Source: the human T2T-CHM13v2.0 reference genome, Homo sapiens. From it: a DNA stretch of 64,000 nt. The stretch is taken from the NCBI RefSeq assembly GCF_009914755.1, contig NC_060934.1; one strand, 5' to 3'. The translations under genes and the position numbers were made by a program. Of this stretch, positions 43,560 to 59,041 are shown piece by piece. Each line of letters begins with the position of its first letter. The first letter of the stretch is position 1. The notes beneath the pieces were generated by a model. The model searched no databases. It worked only from the letters and a program-made list of their open reading frames with translations, and was not told where the DNA came from.

Positions 43560-43763
43560 CTATATTAGTGCTAGCAATTAGAGAAGGAGGATCTCCAACT
43601 TCTGAAAACCTTATTTAGTTTATTTTAATGCAAAGATTGTTATACTGAAAGAAGAATGCATTGGGTCAAACTGTGTTTTAAGTGAAAGAGAATCTTACAA
43701 AAATGCATAAACTTTTGCTGTGACTGGACAGGTCAGCTGTGGGGAAGTTGGGATAAATATCAG

Positions 43764-43803
43764 GATAAATACTTCCTGATTTATTTATCAGGAAGTATTT
43801 ATC
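43764..43803. repeat. Perfect 17-bp inverted repeat with a 6-nt loop
   Basis: gataaatacttcctgat-ttattt-atcaggaagtatttatc. Confidence 0.95.
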
Positions 43804-44409
43804 TATCAGGGCAGCATCAATGTTTCTGAAAAGTACCTTAGATAACAACATATTCCTCCATCTTATGATTGACACTGAAAGCCGTGTGTGTGTGTTTGTT
43901 GTTGTTGTTGTTGTTTTCTGTTTTTGTTTAGTCAGTCTACTTGATGGCTGTCCTAACAAACAAGAAAAGGGCAAGGGCACCCTTGAGCAAGGGGGAAATT
44001 ATTAAAGTTATGAAAAGGAAAAGAAACCATTCAGAATATGAGAAAGCCCCTTTCAACTCCTAAAATAGATAAGTACAAATTTTTTCTCCAAAGAAAATAA
44101 ATAGAAAAATTATCTGTCATAGGAAAACCAACAGAGGATCAAATTGAGGAACCAATATGTCTACATATGTTCCAAAAAACAAAAGAGAAGATCACTTTAA
44201 ACATTTTGGCATGAAGCTTCCCCACCAGAACAAAAAACATTTTGAAAAGAACAATCATGACTACCTGAATAGACAAAAATGAGATGAAATAATACTACAT
44301 TAGAAAGGACCTAAGTGCATATGATAAAAAACAAAGAAGAGAAATAATATACATATGCAAGTCAAAAAACAGGTTTTTAACAATAAATTAAACATGAATA
44401 TGAGAATTC

Positions 44410-45330
44410 TCGACATATTTTTTCTAATTTAACTTCATTGTGGTCAGAGAATATATATATTCTGCAAAATTTTTAGTTATTAGAAATATATTGAGACTTA
44501 CTCTATGACACAATTTATGGTTAATCTTTACAAGAAAAATGTATCACATACATTTTAGAAGAATATATATTCTGTAGCTGTTGGGTATGTGTTCTATATA
44601 AATCAATATCAAAGAAATGAGAACATACATCACAGAAAAACCTGAGCACAAATATTCATAGCAATGTTATTTATTTTAGCCAAAAGGTGGAAACAACTCA
44701 AATTTCCATCATTGATGAGTGGATAAATAAATGGTGGCATATCCAAATAATAATTTATTACTGGACAATAAAAAGGAATGATACTGACATGAACTACAAC
44801 ATAGATGAACTTTGTGCTAAGTGAAAGAAGCCGATCACAAAAGGTCATATATTGTATAATTCTATTTAAATAAAATACCCAGAATAGGTAAATATGTAGA
44901 GACTGAAAGTAGATTGGTCATTGCTTAGGACTGGGTAAAGAAGGGGATAGGGATTAACTGAAAATGATTATACAGTTTCTTTCTGGGTTGACAAAAATGT
45001 TTGAAAATGACATTGTGATGATGTTTGCACAACTGAAATACAACTAAAAATATTGACTTGTACACATTAAATAAATGAGAGGTATGATTTGCACATTATA
45101 TTTCAACACAACTATAAAGAAAAAAGTCAATTAGGTCAAAGTATTTGATGTTTACTCAAGTATTCTATATGCCTAATGTAGTCTATTTTTTTTAAGAGAT
45201 ACTTAGAGAGGAACCTTAATATTTCTAACTATGTTTTAGAATTTTTCTAGTTATCTCTTTAGTTTTCTAGTTTACGTTTCACATATTTTGAAGCTTTTTA
45301 ATTAATTTAAATATAGGGTTATTATGTGGT
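44410..45330 (-). mobile_element. Old L1M fragment, interrupted by a + strand L1MB 3' end
   Basis: cattgtggtcagagaata...ttctatataaatcaat resumes as gtcaattaggtcaa at about 45126. Confidence 0.65.
44610..45125 (+). mobile_element. L1MB7/8-like 3' end
   Basis: agccaaaaggtggaaacaac...tgctaagtgaaagaagcc...gactgaaagtagattggtcattgcttagg. Confidence 0.85.
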
Positions 45331-45928
45331 TAAAGCTTTGAAATTATCATCAAATGACTAAAAATATATATATATAATGAATATCAAATATATAACATAC
45401 AATATACTATATAATTTCCAGTTATATTATTTTGTAAAATGAAGATAAGTAAAATGTTTAATACTTAGTTTAATACTTAGTAAAATGAGAATAAAACTCC
45501 ATATATTTGTATTAACAATATTATATACAATTTTCAACATATATGCATTTGATGAGGATATACTAAAACACAAAAAGAAGCACATAAAAGGTCTTAACAG
45601 ACAGCTATGTGATTCATAATGTATAAATATTTGTATGTTTTTCATTTAGAAAAAATAAAAATGTAATTACATTTAAAACCCTCAAATTAACATAATTTTA
45701 CATATGTGCCCCTATACACATATCCTGGTAAGAAATTGAAATATTAAATTTTGTGATGAACTTTCTGGTCCTCTTGGCAGTTATATGCCTTATGTTAAAA
45801 ATTAACAATTTCAATTAGTAATATAGTTTTTCAGAGTAAGGAAAGCACAGTAAAGAAATTTGAGATAAAGAACAAATTAAACTCATTCCATGTTCCACTA
45901 ACATTTCACAAACATCTTTTGACTTTGA

Positions 45929-46340
<412 letters not shown>

Positions 46341-46429
46341 TAATTATTCTTTTCAAATATTAGCAATATGCATAAGGTTTAGAAATGATTAAATTTATTT
46401 TTTTGAGATTTTTAGTTTTTTTGCTCTTT

Positions 46430-46734
46430 TTTTGTTGTCGTTTGTTTTCTGAGACAGTCTCGCTCTGTTGCCCAGGCCGGAGTGCAGTGGTGAAACCTCA
46501 GCTCACTGCAACTGCTGCCTGCCAGGTTCAAGCAACTCGTGTGCCTCAGCCTCCTGAGTAGCTGGAATTACAGATGCGTGCCACCACACTCGGCTAATTT
46601 TTGTGTTTTTGGTAGAGGTGGGGTTTCATCATCAACATTGGCCAGGCTGGTCTCGAACTCCTGACCTCAAGTGATCTGTCCACCTCGGCCTCCCAGAGTG
46701 CTGGAATTACAGGCGTGAGCCACTGCGCTCAGCC
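46430..46734 (-). mobile_element. AluSz-like
   Basis: ctgacctcaagtgatc; degenerate 15-bp TSD at 46415-46429 and 46735-46749. Confidence 0.93.
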
Positions 46735-49731
46735 GCTTTTTTGTTCTTTAAATAATGCTATACTGGATGCTTTTTTTTTTTATCCTAAGGATTTTTGTTC
46801 TATATTTAGTTTTTGTTTTTCTTTAATCTCAGAACTGCTTTTCTTAACCTCTATTTCTTGGTGAAGTACTGCAGATGCTTAGATGTCTATATTAAGGAAG
46901 GGTATACGACTACAATGAATAAAACCATATTTATACACAAATTAGTTATTTAAAATTTGAGATCAAGAATCAAGTAATAGTAATGTTTTTAAAAAATGTA
47001 TTAGCTACTACTTAGATTAAACCCCAAACCTATATATAAATATGTATATAAGCATATATATATAATGCAAATACAAATTTTTATGTGTCTGTGTATTATC
47101 ATTACAAGAATAAAATCAATGTTTTCATATATATATTTGGGATCTGGAGGGACCTTAATATTGTTTTACTATGGATAACAATATCAATTTTGATAATGTA
47201 AAAGGTTGGCATTAACTCTGTATTAACATCCTGTATACATTTATTTGGGGATATAAACCCACTATTGCAGGTCAATGAAATAATTTTCTTTTAATAATTA
47301 AGTACTGTGTTATTTTTATACATAGGTAATTCCAATATATTTTGGCATTGAAATTTCAGCCAACAAAAAAGATAATTGGGAATATTTTGTAAGACTCAGT
47401 CTGAGAAATAATTATATTACTAGTAATCATTAATTAAAATTAAGGTCAATTTTATACAAAAGTATTTGAGAACTTCTTTATGCATTTCTTCATAAGAATA
47501 TGACATGCTTTGTTAAATATGCCATTACCATTTAGCTGTTACCAATGTTGCACTTACATTTTACTAAGATTTAACTTAAACTTTGTTAAATAAAATAAAT
47601 GTATCTCTCATTTCACAAATGATTGGCAAAATGTATCAGCCTTTTAGGACTTCATTAATCCTAAATGACTTATTATAAAATTTATTTTCTTTTGGTTTGG
47701 TTTAAAAAGTAAAATTTTAAAGATGACAATAGACAAGATAAGTATATGAAATGGCAATGAATTATTATTTATAGCATAATAAATATATATTGGAAATTGT
47801 AGTAGAAGACTTGAGTTCTACTCTTACTTACTAGACAAAAGTATGTGAGTACACAAGGGGAAACAGTTCTGAACATGGAAAAGTGTTTATCCTCTGGAGA
47901 CATAAAAATGCAGGCTAAATAAACTTAGGGCAAACTTTTACAATTATAAGTCAGAAATTAAATAATAACATAATCCAGTGTTAGAAGTGTTTGTTAAAAT
48001 TGTTACACACTGTTTTGTAACATGAAAATAAACATCAGAAGGCAGAAGTTATTGATAGTTTTTCTGAAATTGGGAATGCTCATTTGTGAATCTTGTCCTA
48101 GAGTCAGTAACAATGAAGACAACAAAAATGTATACTCATCAAATGTAATTAAATTTTTGTAAATCTAATGTATTATTAACCTAATATATATCACAATCTG
48201 AATAAAAAAGAAACCATTACAAATGTTTAACTAGATGTATTAGAATTAAATTATTATGATATTCTGTCTCTCAGACTAATGTAGTGCTTAGCAAGATAAT
48301 TGCAAACATTATGCTTCATCACAGATAATTTTTACATATTAATATTGGAAATGTAATATAGTATGTTCACTACAAATTCAACTGCGTAGATATATCTCTA
48401 AGTGATTATATACATAGATGAACATAAAGCAAATTATTAGATCAATGGAGAAATAAGGAAAGACAGAATTGGAGTGACTAATATAATATCAACATAAATT
48501 ATGTTATGGTGATTAAGTTATTGATAATTGATATGTTTCGGCATTTTTTTAATGTTACATTTTTGAATTAAAATATTAAGCTAGGTAATATGATGCACCA
48601 ACAAAAATTTAAAAGTAATAGAAAGAAAGTAGTGAAGTGAATGCCCATTTTTTTGCAGTTCTGATTACATATTTTTGTTTTGCAATTCCAATTAAATATT
48701 TTCGTTGCTTTTCAAAAATAAAACTGAATGCATTTTTAAAAAGCACACAACTAGCTTGCAGGTAATTACAGAGATTATTTTTTCAATTATATTTCAGACT
48801 CTTACTACATGTTTTCAAGCAATGTGCAGAAAAGGTGTAAACCAAATCTTCAGCAATTATGTGAATTAGCAAAATAAATAAGGTGATTACACAGTGTTAC
48901 TCATAAAATAGTACGTTTTTTGTACTTTAATTTGAAATATGGAATCAAGTAACTATATTGCCTTTAGGAGAGCTATATCTTAACTTTCATATAGACAATT
49001 ATACATCTCAAACAGTATCTCTCTTATAAAAAGAAACTCTCCAGTCCAGATTGCTGTTATAAGGATTTATAAATAACTTGAGACCCTCCTACAGAAAAAA
49101 TATCAGTTGTAGTTGTATCAACAAAAGGCATATTGAATGCTGATAAGCTAAACTGAATCTCCAGAGCTGAGAAAAGCTTAAATCAGTCTATTTTGATAGA
49201 ATATATATGGAGGAAAAACCATTTATTAGAATTGTATTCTAAAATGACCAATACTTTTTATGAAAAATTTAATTTCTGGGAATGCTTTTTAGGAGCCCCC
49301 AAAATAAAAGATTATTAGTTGAATTACACACTCTGGGTCTTTTATTAAAAATTCTATGTCTTTTACAAGTAAAGAAAATGAAAATGTTCTGGGACAAATT
49401 TTTTAACAATATACCAATTTTTGAAAAGCAGAGGATAATCTCATTTTAGCTAATATATTTTTTAAACAAAGAAAAATAAATCTAGATGTAGGAATTGCAC
49501 AGGTGATCTTGGGTGTGAATACAATTTTTGTTGTTTTTGAAAATTTTAGTTTCTGTGTTTTCTAATTTTATGCAATCACATTTACAGATTTTCTGATAAT
49601 AAACTCATTGAAACATCACAATATAGCACGGGTTTTTGTGCATAAATGAGAATCTTGAAGTTTTTTAAAATTTTGTGATATCATGTATAGTATTTCTTTA
49701 CTTTCTACTTTTATTTAAAAATAAAATTATG

Positions 49732-50080
<349 letters not shown>

Positions 50081-53000
50081 TTACGATACAAGAATTTTCT
50101 ACTCAGCCGAGAACTACTAAATATGAATGAATTAAAAAGCTGCCACTCATACAACCTCACTGAAAAAAAAAAAAGAATTGAAATAAGTACTTTACCTACG
50201 TAAAAACAATTCATAATTTAGGCCTTAATAAAATGGAAGCTCTAAAAGAAGTGTCTGTTAGTAATTAAACAAATATGTTAAGTGTAATGTCAATTAACTG
50301 TGTTGGTAGAAAAACTCAATATGATAAGAGATAAAAGAAGAGCAAGAAAACACATTCTCATCATATAGTTTTAAGTTTTGAGGTTATTACAAATTATGGT
50401 GTGTTGGTTTGGGGATGGAAATAATGGCATGTTAAATTCTTCATTTTTCAAGGGTGCTGTAAATTGATAATGCGTTATTCTTGTAATTGTTTTCTTTGCA
50501 AAATAAGGGCTGAAATAAACTTTTGGGCTATTTCATATACATATTTTACAAAATCAAATTAAGATAAAAATTTAAAATTACTGTGGGTAGGAGAAAAGAA
50601 ATAAACAAGCAAAAAGTTACAGATTTAATACATTTTTAAAAGGAAACCACCTTACATTGACTGATTCCCTTTATAAAGATTGTTTCTTGGAGCAATGGGG
50701 CCCAAACCAGATTAGTACAGATTGAGGTGGCTGAGAAATACAATCAGTGAGTATAAGTGCATCTTTCAAAATTTAACGTAGGTATTTTGTTGGCACTAAT
50801 CACTACTTAGAAAAATCATACATTTAGAGCTGTATTCAAAATTTTTACGAAAATACATTTCAAAAGTAATAATGATTTAAATATTTAAATATAAGGAAAT
50901 TCTGATCTCAGCCCCATTTGATAGATTGAAGGTATAGTAGGCCTCCACTAACTGCTCTGAATTTGACAAAAATGATAAAAATACATTTATAAAAATATGC
51001 AAAACAAGTAGAGGTGCTCTAAGTTCACCACAGACAAAGCAAAGCCTGAAAGACAGCTGACAAGATCTGAATGAAGCACGGAATCAAGCTCTAAAGAGCT
51101 GGGAAAGTACTATCGTAGAAGGTAAGACCTTTATTGGCCAATACATAGAATGTTGAGTATGTACCTGGGAGAGGAGCAGAATCATCAACTCTTGTTGGGT
51201 TGTTCCAACAAAAGCTGCTAACAGTGTCAGCCCATCACCATTCCCACTCTGTCTCCTCCAGCTAGATAGCAGCAACTGGTAATGGGATTTTGGTGCTTGT
51301 AGTGACCAGAACTTACCCTATATTTCAGCAATAACAAATTACTTAAGATATGTATAAAATAACTGTGCAATCTTTTTATTTAAAACTATAAAATAAATGA
51401 AAGATTACAAAACTAGGACTGTCAAATAGAGACATTTGCCATGTTTCTAGATTTAAGGATGTAGCAATTATTAGTTATTCCACATTAGTTAATATAATAT
51501 CATATAATTAATATGCTATACTATATAATAATATGATATGATCCATTCAATTTCTGTCAAAATCCCACCTCGAATTTTCACTTGACTCAGCAAATGAATT
51601 CTGATAGCAATGTACAGAACTACGTATGGAAGAGGAGCTCAGTATTAAAATGTTGAAACTATAGCAGGCATGTACAAGTACTACATAAATATTTCTTCAA
51701 TGAAGGCAAAAGTTAATAAATCCCTTCTTAAAAGTGTTGTTACGAGTGTTAATTGTGATAACATATTTGGAAGTGTTTCATAAGTTCTATTAAACTGTTA
51801 TTGATATCATCTTTAGCTTAATTGTGGTTAAGATTATTTTTACTACAATTACAGGTTAGCCTATACAAATAGGAATAGTATTTGTTCTTGGAAACTGCAT
51901 ATATTTCTGAAAAATTCTTATCAACCATGTCTCCTCCCAGATATTTTCCACAGGTTTTAACATAATATCAGTTTGAATAAGGTATAGATGTAAAACAATG
52001 TACTGCCTTTATAGGTAAATATTCAAGACAAAAAAATAGAATTATCATATTAACTTACTTCAAGTTAAACAAATCATGCCTTTACAAAGTTGATCTAGCT
52101 AAGTAAAAAATAACAAACTAACTCATTCACATACTTACTCCTAGGTATTGATAAATATTCCAGGTTATGATTTACAAGGTAAATTATAATCATGAGGTAA
52201 TTTATCCCGAACAATACAGTCTCAAGTATAAATGGGTATCAGGGTTTAGGGGAAAAATCTGAATATATGACAATGAATAAAGAAAAAATGACTGGGTTAG
52301 TAGACTTACCTACACTTGGGTGTGATTCTAATGTATTCTTTATTTACTAATAAAAATCTTTACTTTTGATTCTAACAAAAAGTTAAGTGTTTTTTAAATG
52401 TAAGTGCCTTTTGAAATTTAATGTTGGTCCTTTAAAAAATTCTTTTCACATTATTTTTTATTTTTAAAATCACACATAAATTCTAGTACTTTACAATTTT
52501 TAATCATTAGCTCCCAATTCATGTAATATTGGAGAGCACTAGTCAAGTTCATTTATGATTTTACAGATTTATATCAAGGCCATTTATTGTCTAATTTTCA
52601 ACATCCTGAAATGTGTGTCACCTAGATGTTCATTTGTTTAGGCTTAAATGTTTGAAGTGTTTACTCCTATCACTTCTACCTTTACCAATGTGCGGCTTGT
52701 AAATTCAGATGATAATACTGATTGCTACATCATTTTAAAAGAAAACAACTCTTGTTAAACACCTATCTTAAAAGCAGGTCAATAACTTGCCTATTGTGAT
52801 GCTATTGTAGATTTCATATACCTCTTTATTAATGGACTTGGGACTTCATGATCTGAATTACTTTTATGTTTGAAATACTTGAAAAGGCTTTTCTTATTTC
52901 CCTTTGCCATCTGTCAGTGTTTTGTTTCTTTTGACCCAATTCACTATAGCTTTCACTAATAGACTCAACTTATTTTAGGAAGCCACTCACTTACTAAAAT

Positions 53001-53399
53001 TTGGAGCCTTTGGTGCTTTATTTTGTGGATTTGCAAGCTTCTAGAACTCTATCAAAATCATAAACAGCATACGATAGATCAAAGGCAAGAATAAATAAAA
53101 GGTCAAGTTTCAAAAAATTTATAGCACAAATAGATTATATTTATTGAAGAAAATTAGAATATTGAGTTTGTTACCAGATCAGCAAATTTCAGTTAATTTT
53201 CTTATATATATATAAATTGGTGATGCCTACATACCTCAATAATTAGACTTAAATGTATATGTTCTTAAAAACTTTTCATATGTTCATTTTACTTGTCAAT
53301 ATATGGTGACTATTTTTTATTTAATACAACTGTTTTCATTAGAATACTAACTACCTGGCCACAATGTTCTTCTCTTATTTCAAAGGTTTTCCCTTTTGC

Positions 53400-53735
53400 T
53401 ATTAGCTGAATCTCCTCCTAAGCTTGCACTTTCCCTACTCTGATGTTACATGCAAAATTCTTACTCTTTGAAGCTCAGATCTGATACCATTTTACCCAAG
53501 AATTATTCTAATATAATCCACCTGCAATATATCTCCATTTATTTGTTCCCATGACATTTATTTCCTCAGTTTTTATCCACTAGCCTATATTGTACTAAAA
53601 TTTTTATATATAATCTTTTATGGTCTGACTGTATAGAATTTCTTATGCCATGGTTTATCAATATTTGTAGTTATCAAACTGACTAGTACAATGTCTAGAA
53701 TATAGTGGATAATCAATAAATTCTAAACCATATTG
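53400..53735 (+). mobile_element. L2 3' end remnant
   Basis: ctagtacaatgtctagaatatagtggataatcaataaat. Confidence 0.55.
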
Positions 53736-54594
53736 AGTTTTGCAAAGGATTCCAAACAAAATTTTGGAACTCCTGCATATTAAAAATGTCCACTATTTTA
53801 GAGTTATCCAAAATAATTAATGACTATAATCTATTATTTCTGTAAGGTGTTAGAGTTCATAAATATATTTGAGGAAATATTGACTCTTCACTGCATATTT
53901 TATAATATGAAAAAATGCATAATTAGTCTTTCCAAAGCCCGCAATTACAGTTAATGTCATTGAAGTTGCTAGAGTCATTTTGGGGAAGAAGAAAAAATTA
54001 CAACCATCTGGAAAAACTAGACTACAGTGGTTGCGTTCTATAAGGTGGCCTCATTGGGTGTCAAATTAGAGCACTCATCTGTTAGACATCCAGACTGTTT
54101 TCAGCCACATGTGCGACATCACAGGCATATGTAACTTAATCACGTTGTCAGTCAAATATCTCATTAATAGGAAGAGAATTATTGGGCTTATGTATAATGA
54201 AATGTGACACTGACAGCCAAGCTGCTCCTCAAACAACTTATTCATAACTGCTTCTTAAATTTGCTATAAAGAGGAAAATCCCAAGTTCAGTGACTCAAAA
54301 AATTGTTCTTCCAATTCTTTGGACCCATTATTGCTATTGCCATTGCGCATTTGCAGTTCTAATTATGTATTTGTAATTATGCTCCATATACAGAAATTTA
54401 ACATTGCGATTACATCATTTTAAGTTGCTGTATTTCCACTCTTTTAAGAAGGCAGAGGGAGAAATGGAGGAAAAGAGGGAGAAGGGAACATAAGAGGATT
54501 TAGAGATCAGTCCCAACTCTGTCAACTTAAAGCTTCCACAAAGGAAAAAATTGACATTCATCAATGACAAAGAAAATGTCTGGCAACTTCTTTA

Positions 54595-54770
54595 AACACC
54601 TTATCTAATTTATGTTTTCAAAATTTTCAAGTGTAGATATTTTCACCATTTGATAGACTGAAAAAAGAGGATCTCAAATAATTAATAAATTGCTCAATAT
54701 TTCAAACATGAACATGGTGAGGAGGAAATTCAAAGTAAACTCTTTAGAGGTTTTGCTATTTCTGCTCTAC
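54595..54770 (-). mobile_element. MIR
   Basis: tattttcaccatttgatagactgaaaaaagagg resembles the MIR core. Confidence 0.55.
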
Positions 54771-56624
54771 TGTCTTGTTTCTAAACTGTTGAAGGATTAT
54801 GTTCCACACTGAAGCAAACTCCCTATTCCTTAAAATACATCATGGAAAGATAGAAAGGGAAAGGGAAAGACTCAAGACAAGTAGTCTGGGTAAAATGATA
54901 AAAAACCATTGCAAGGTGTTACATTACTGGTGTAATACCCTAACTGACATTTTAGAAAAAGTACCTGACTCAGTTGTACCTATTCTCCAAGGTTTAACAA
55001 AAAAAGGGTTCTGACTGTGCATTTAATACATATTCCCATGAGAGTAGAAGAGAATGAGAATAAATATTAATTACTTTTAATCATTATTTTATTGAGGATG
55101 GTGACATAAAGAAGATGAGTATTTTGGTTTAAATTGTGATGGGATGCCACTTTTACAATATAGTTTAATAAATATACAACTCGTTAAAAGATGTTGTTTG
55201 AACCTATATGCTTAACTCTGTTCATTCATAAATTCCCTTAAAATAAATGTACTAGAAAGTGAAAATAAATCTGTCCTCTCTATTCAAAATGGAAGATGAG
55301 AATGGATATCATCAATAGATGGGTGGTAATGCAGATAGGATTGTACTGAAGGAAGTACTGAAAAGCTGATAATGTGAAACATAAAAGAAATCTTGCATGA
55401 AAGTGTGTGAACAGAATATCTCAGGAGAAAGAACAAAACAAAAACAGAAACAAAAGGAAACAAACATAAAATGGTAAAACAACCAAGTTCAGAACAGAAG
55501 GCACCAGTTCAAACTGTGAAGCTTCAAAAGGAGGAATTGTGTGATGTATTTGGCCAACGTGTTAGCCCAAATTTAGTTCAAGTATGGATGGCTGTGCAAA
55601 AGGAAGGCACTGTGGCACAGAGCTCTCTGTGAGACCTGTGAAAGTGAGATAGTCCCTAAAAGAATTAGCTTTCTACAATTAACATGGAAAACAACCACTC
55701 TGAATCAGTGAAGTCCTGTGCAACTTGCTGGCTGGTCTCCTACTTCCTCCCTGCCTCACAGGCAACAGAATGCCAATACAGAAAAATAAAATAGATAAGT
55801 GTAAATATCTTCCTTTCCTTTCCTAATAATTTAGACTAAAACACAGGAATAGAAAGCCACATCAATGTAGAAAGCAATTTATAAATTCATAAATTTTCAT
55901 GTCTCACTAGTCTAAAAGGAGGACACTATTTTGAAAATTCTGTAATAGTTACGTCCAATAAAGCAGGCTTACTCCGAGTAACAGGAGGAATACTAAACAT
56001 GTCTTAATGTATTATGTAAGACAATCAAGAGAACATTGTAATTGAAAGTGGATATTTGACATCAAAATGAAATTTTTACAAACATAGAATGACTTTATGT
56101 CACGAAAATCATACACAGCAGGAACTCAAACAAATAAATTTTAAATCAACTAAAGAAATTCAAAAAACGTTTGTTTATGGGTAAAAAATAAATGTAATGA
56201 ATGTAATCTGAGGAATGTGAATATCTGAGATACGAGTAACCCCTGAAGAAGAGAACGGAGCCTGCTGAAAAGTACTAAGTGAAGGATTATGAAAAGAAAA
56301 ACCCACAGCACTGAAAAACAAAACTAGAGAAAAATAGAATCAAAAGGTGGACACTTAAGAGAGAAATTAGTGAAGATATGATATATTCAGAAGATAATTG
56401 CAAGATTTTGGGATTTCTATAGAGACTAAATATCTGAAAAGCTATATATATCTAAAATGTAAATAGGTTGACATAAGATTTCTTATCTTCAATGTAAGAT
56501 TTTAAAAAGTAGTAGAGCAAATACTTTGAATACAGCAACCACTTCAGAAGTTTCTATGACAATACATTTTAACTTTGTTTTATAATATGATTGTGCTGAT
56601 TTTGTCTGTCACCATATGAAGCTA

Positions 56625-56828
56625 TTTAGATATCTTATCCAATTTAATTGGACAATAACCCTTCTTGATTAGTTGATTTTTAAAATCCCCATTATAAAGA
56701 TGAGAATATAGAGGCTAAAGAAGATAAAGTAGTTTCATGAATTTATACATATAGTATGGGGAAAAGGCAGGGTACATATCCAAGCCAGATTAAATTTAGA
56801 GCCTGTGGAGCTAATCACTACACACTAA
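56625..56828 (-). mobile_element. MIR
   Basis: atccccattataaagatgagaatatagaggct...agagcctgtggagctaatcactac. Confidence 0.7.
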
Positions 56829-57639
56829 TACTTCTCAGGCCCATGAAAAATGCATATCTTAGAAGATAATAAATTTAACAATAAAATAATGTATTCAATA
56901 AAGTACTATTTAAATCAAAATTTTATAATAAGGTAGATGGAATCCACCAAATCTATAAATCCTATAAAAATAAAACTTAAAAAAAACACAAGTAGAGAGA
57001 CAGAATTCAAATAATAAAATTATTTTCTATACTATATTATTTTCTATACTATAAGAATAGACCAAAATGAAATGGCATTAATATATAAAGAGCTTACATC
57101 TATCTAAAACATTATCAATACATAAATAATTTTTGCATATAGAATATTCATATATGTGTGTGCATATATATAAATTCCTGGCTTAAATAATAAAAAACCT
57201 ACATATGCAAATATAAAAGTTTTTTTAGATTAAGTTACTGAGCATTTCTGTATGGTTTGGGAGAATAGGCTTGCTCATATGTTTATTGGAATTGTAAGTA
57301 GGTTTGATCTTTCTGAAGAAAAATTTGGCAGTGAGCAAAGTAATGCCGCCAAGTAGTTCCAAATACACGAGGCTTTAGTTTAAGGTGGTTCAAAAATAGT
57401 TTCCTATAGATATAGAAATTCAGTAGAAAATGAAAGTAACATTTTCAAATCAGTAGAGAGAAGAGAGATAATTCAATAACCATTGCTGGGGAATAGATTA
57501 ATAAATCAGGATTTCTGTCTCACTGCTCAGAAATGTCTTCACTTCTCAATCATTATAAATAATTCACCAATGCTATTTATGAGCGCTGTTATTTTTAAAG
57601 CACTCTTATAATTCCCTTTTAAAAATTAATATTGATTCA

Positions 57640-58190
57640 TGTGAAAGCAAACATATAATATTTCAGTTGTTAGTAAGTTGTAATACAAACAATAAAAAAA
57701 TAGCCCAACAAGGCAAAGAAAGTGTGTTGTTGGGAGAGGTGCTTTACATGGGATGATGAAGGACTGCTGTTTGAAAAGACTGGAGGGAGGGCGGAGGTAT
57801 CTGATATCTGACAGAGAGCTTTCCAGGCAGAAGAAGACCCTGAAGGCAGAGGAAGATACATGGCAAGTGTGTGGCCAAGGAGGCCTGCTAATGAGAGAGG
57901 AAGGGGACATGAAGGCAGGACAGCCAGGACGAGATGACTCAATGCCCAAGTAAGGATTTTAGCTTTGGCTCAGAATGAGATTTTTGTGCAGAGGAATATT
58001 ATTTGGCATATGCTTTAAAAGTGTCATAATAGCTACTCTGTTGAGAATAGATAAGTTAGAGGATGTCACAATAGCCCAGGTGAGATATGACAACGGTAGG
58101 TCATGAAAAAAAGTTTGATTTTGTATATATTTTGAAAGTGGGGCTAATAGAACTGGTTGATGGATTGATTATGGGGTATGTATAAAAGGG
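57640..58190 (-). mobile_element. L2a fragment
   Basis: ttccaggcaga...gtaaggattttagcttt...ctactctgttgagaataga...ccaggtgaga...tatattttgaaag. Confidence 0.75.
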
Positions 58191-58192
58191 AG

Positions 58193-58566
58193 TGTATTAA
58201 TTCATTTTCACACTGACATAAAGAACTACTCAGGGCTGGGTAATTTATAACGAAAAGAGGTTTAATTGACTCAGAACTGCCAGGCTTGGGAGGCCTCAGG
58301 AAACTTATAATCATGGCAGAATGGGAAACAAACATGTCCTTCTTCACAAGACTGCAAAACAGAAACAAGTGCAGAGCGAAGGGGAAATAGTCCCTTATAA
58401 AAACCTCAGATCTTGTGAGAACTCACTATCACAAGAACAGTATGGGGGAACCGCCCCCAAGATCCAATCACCTCCAACAAGCTTCCTTACCCAACATGTG
58501 GGGATTATAATTCAGATGACAATTCAAGATGAGATTTGGATAGGGACACAGAGCCAGACCATATCA
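58193..58566 (-). mobile_element. THE1D-like MaLR solo LTR
   Basis: tgtatta...gaggcctcaggaaactta..atcatggcag...gggacacagagccagaccatatca; TSD GGGAG at 58188-58192 and 58567-58571. Confidence 0.93.
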
Positions 58567-59041
58567 GGGAGGAAACAAGTTTGACTCTTGACAAGAAAGA
58601 TCTAATATCATTAGTCTTAATTTGCAAAGAGAAGCACACCACACAAATACATACACACACACCTCACAATACTAAAAGTGATTTACTTTAAACAACTGAC
58701 TCCATATACCCAATAAACAGGAAAATGATGCTCAGCATTTATGTCTCAAGGAATGTGGAAACGTAAGAATTTAACAAATAATACATTATTTGATGATACT
58801 CATGGCTGGCAAGGCTGTGCAGAAACAAACATTCCCACACATTGCTGATCAATGGTTTATTGTAAAAGACTTTTGTAAGAATATTAGATAATTGTTCTCA
58901 TATTTAATATGTTTACTATTTGACCTGATAATCTCAAGACTAGAAATTGTTGCTAAAAAAACACAATTGGCAAAGATATAGGTTATTAATAAATTTCTGG
59001 GAGTATAATTGACAATGTCCTCTAAAACATTTACACTCAGT

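Noticed and set aside
57019-57053. Short tandem duplication of attattttctatactat (a similar one lies near 45455-45482)
   Set aside because: Ordinary slippage in AT-rich DNA
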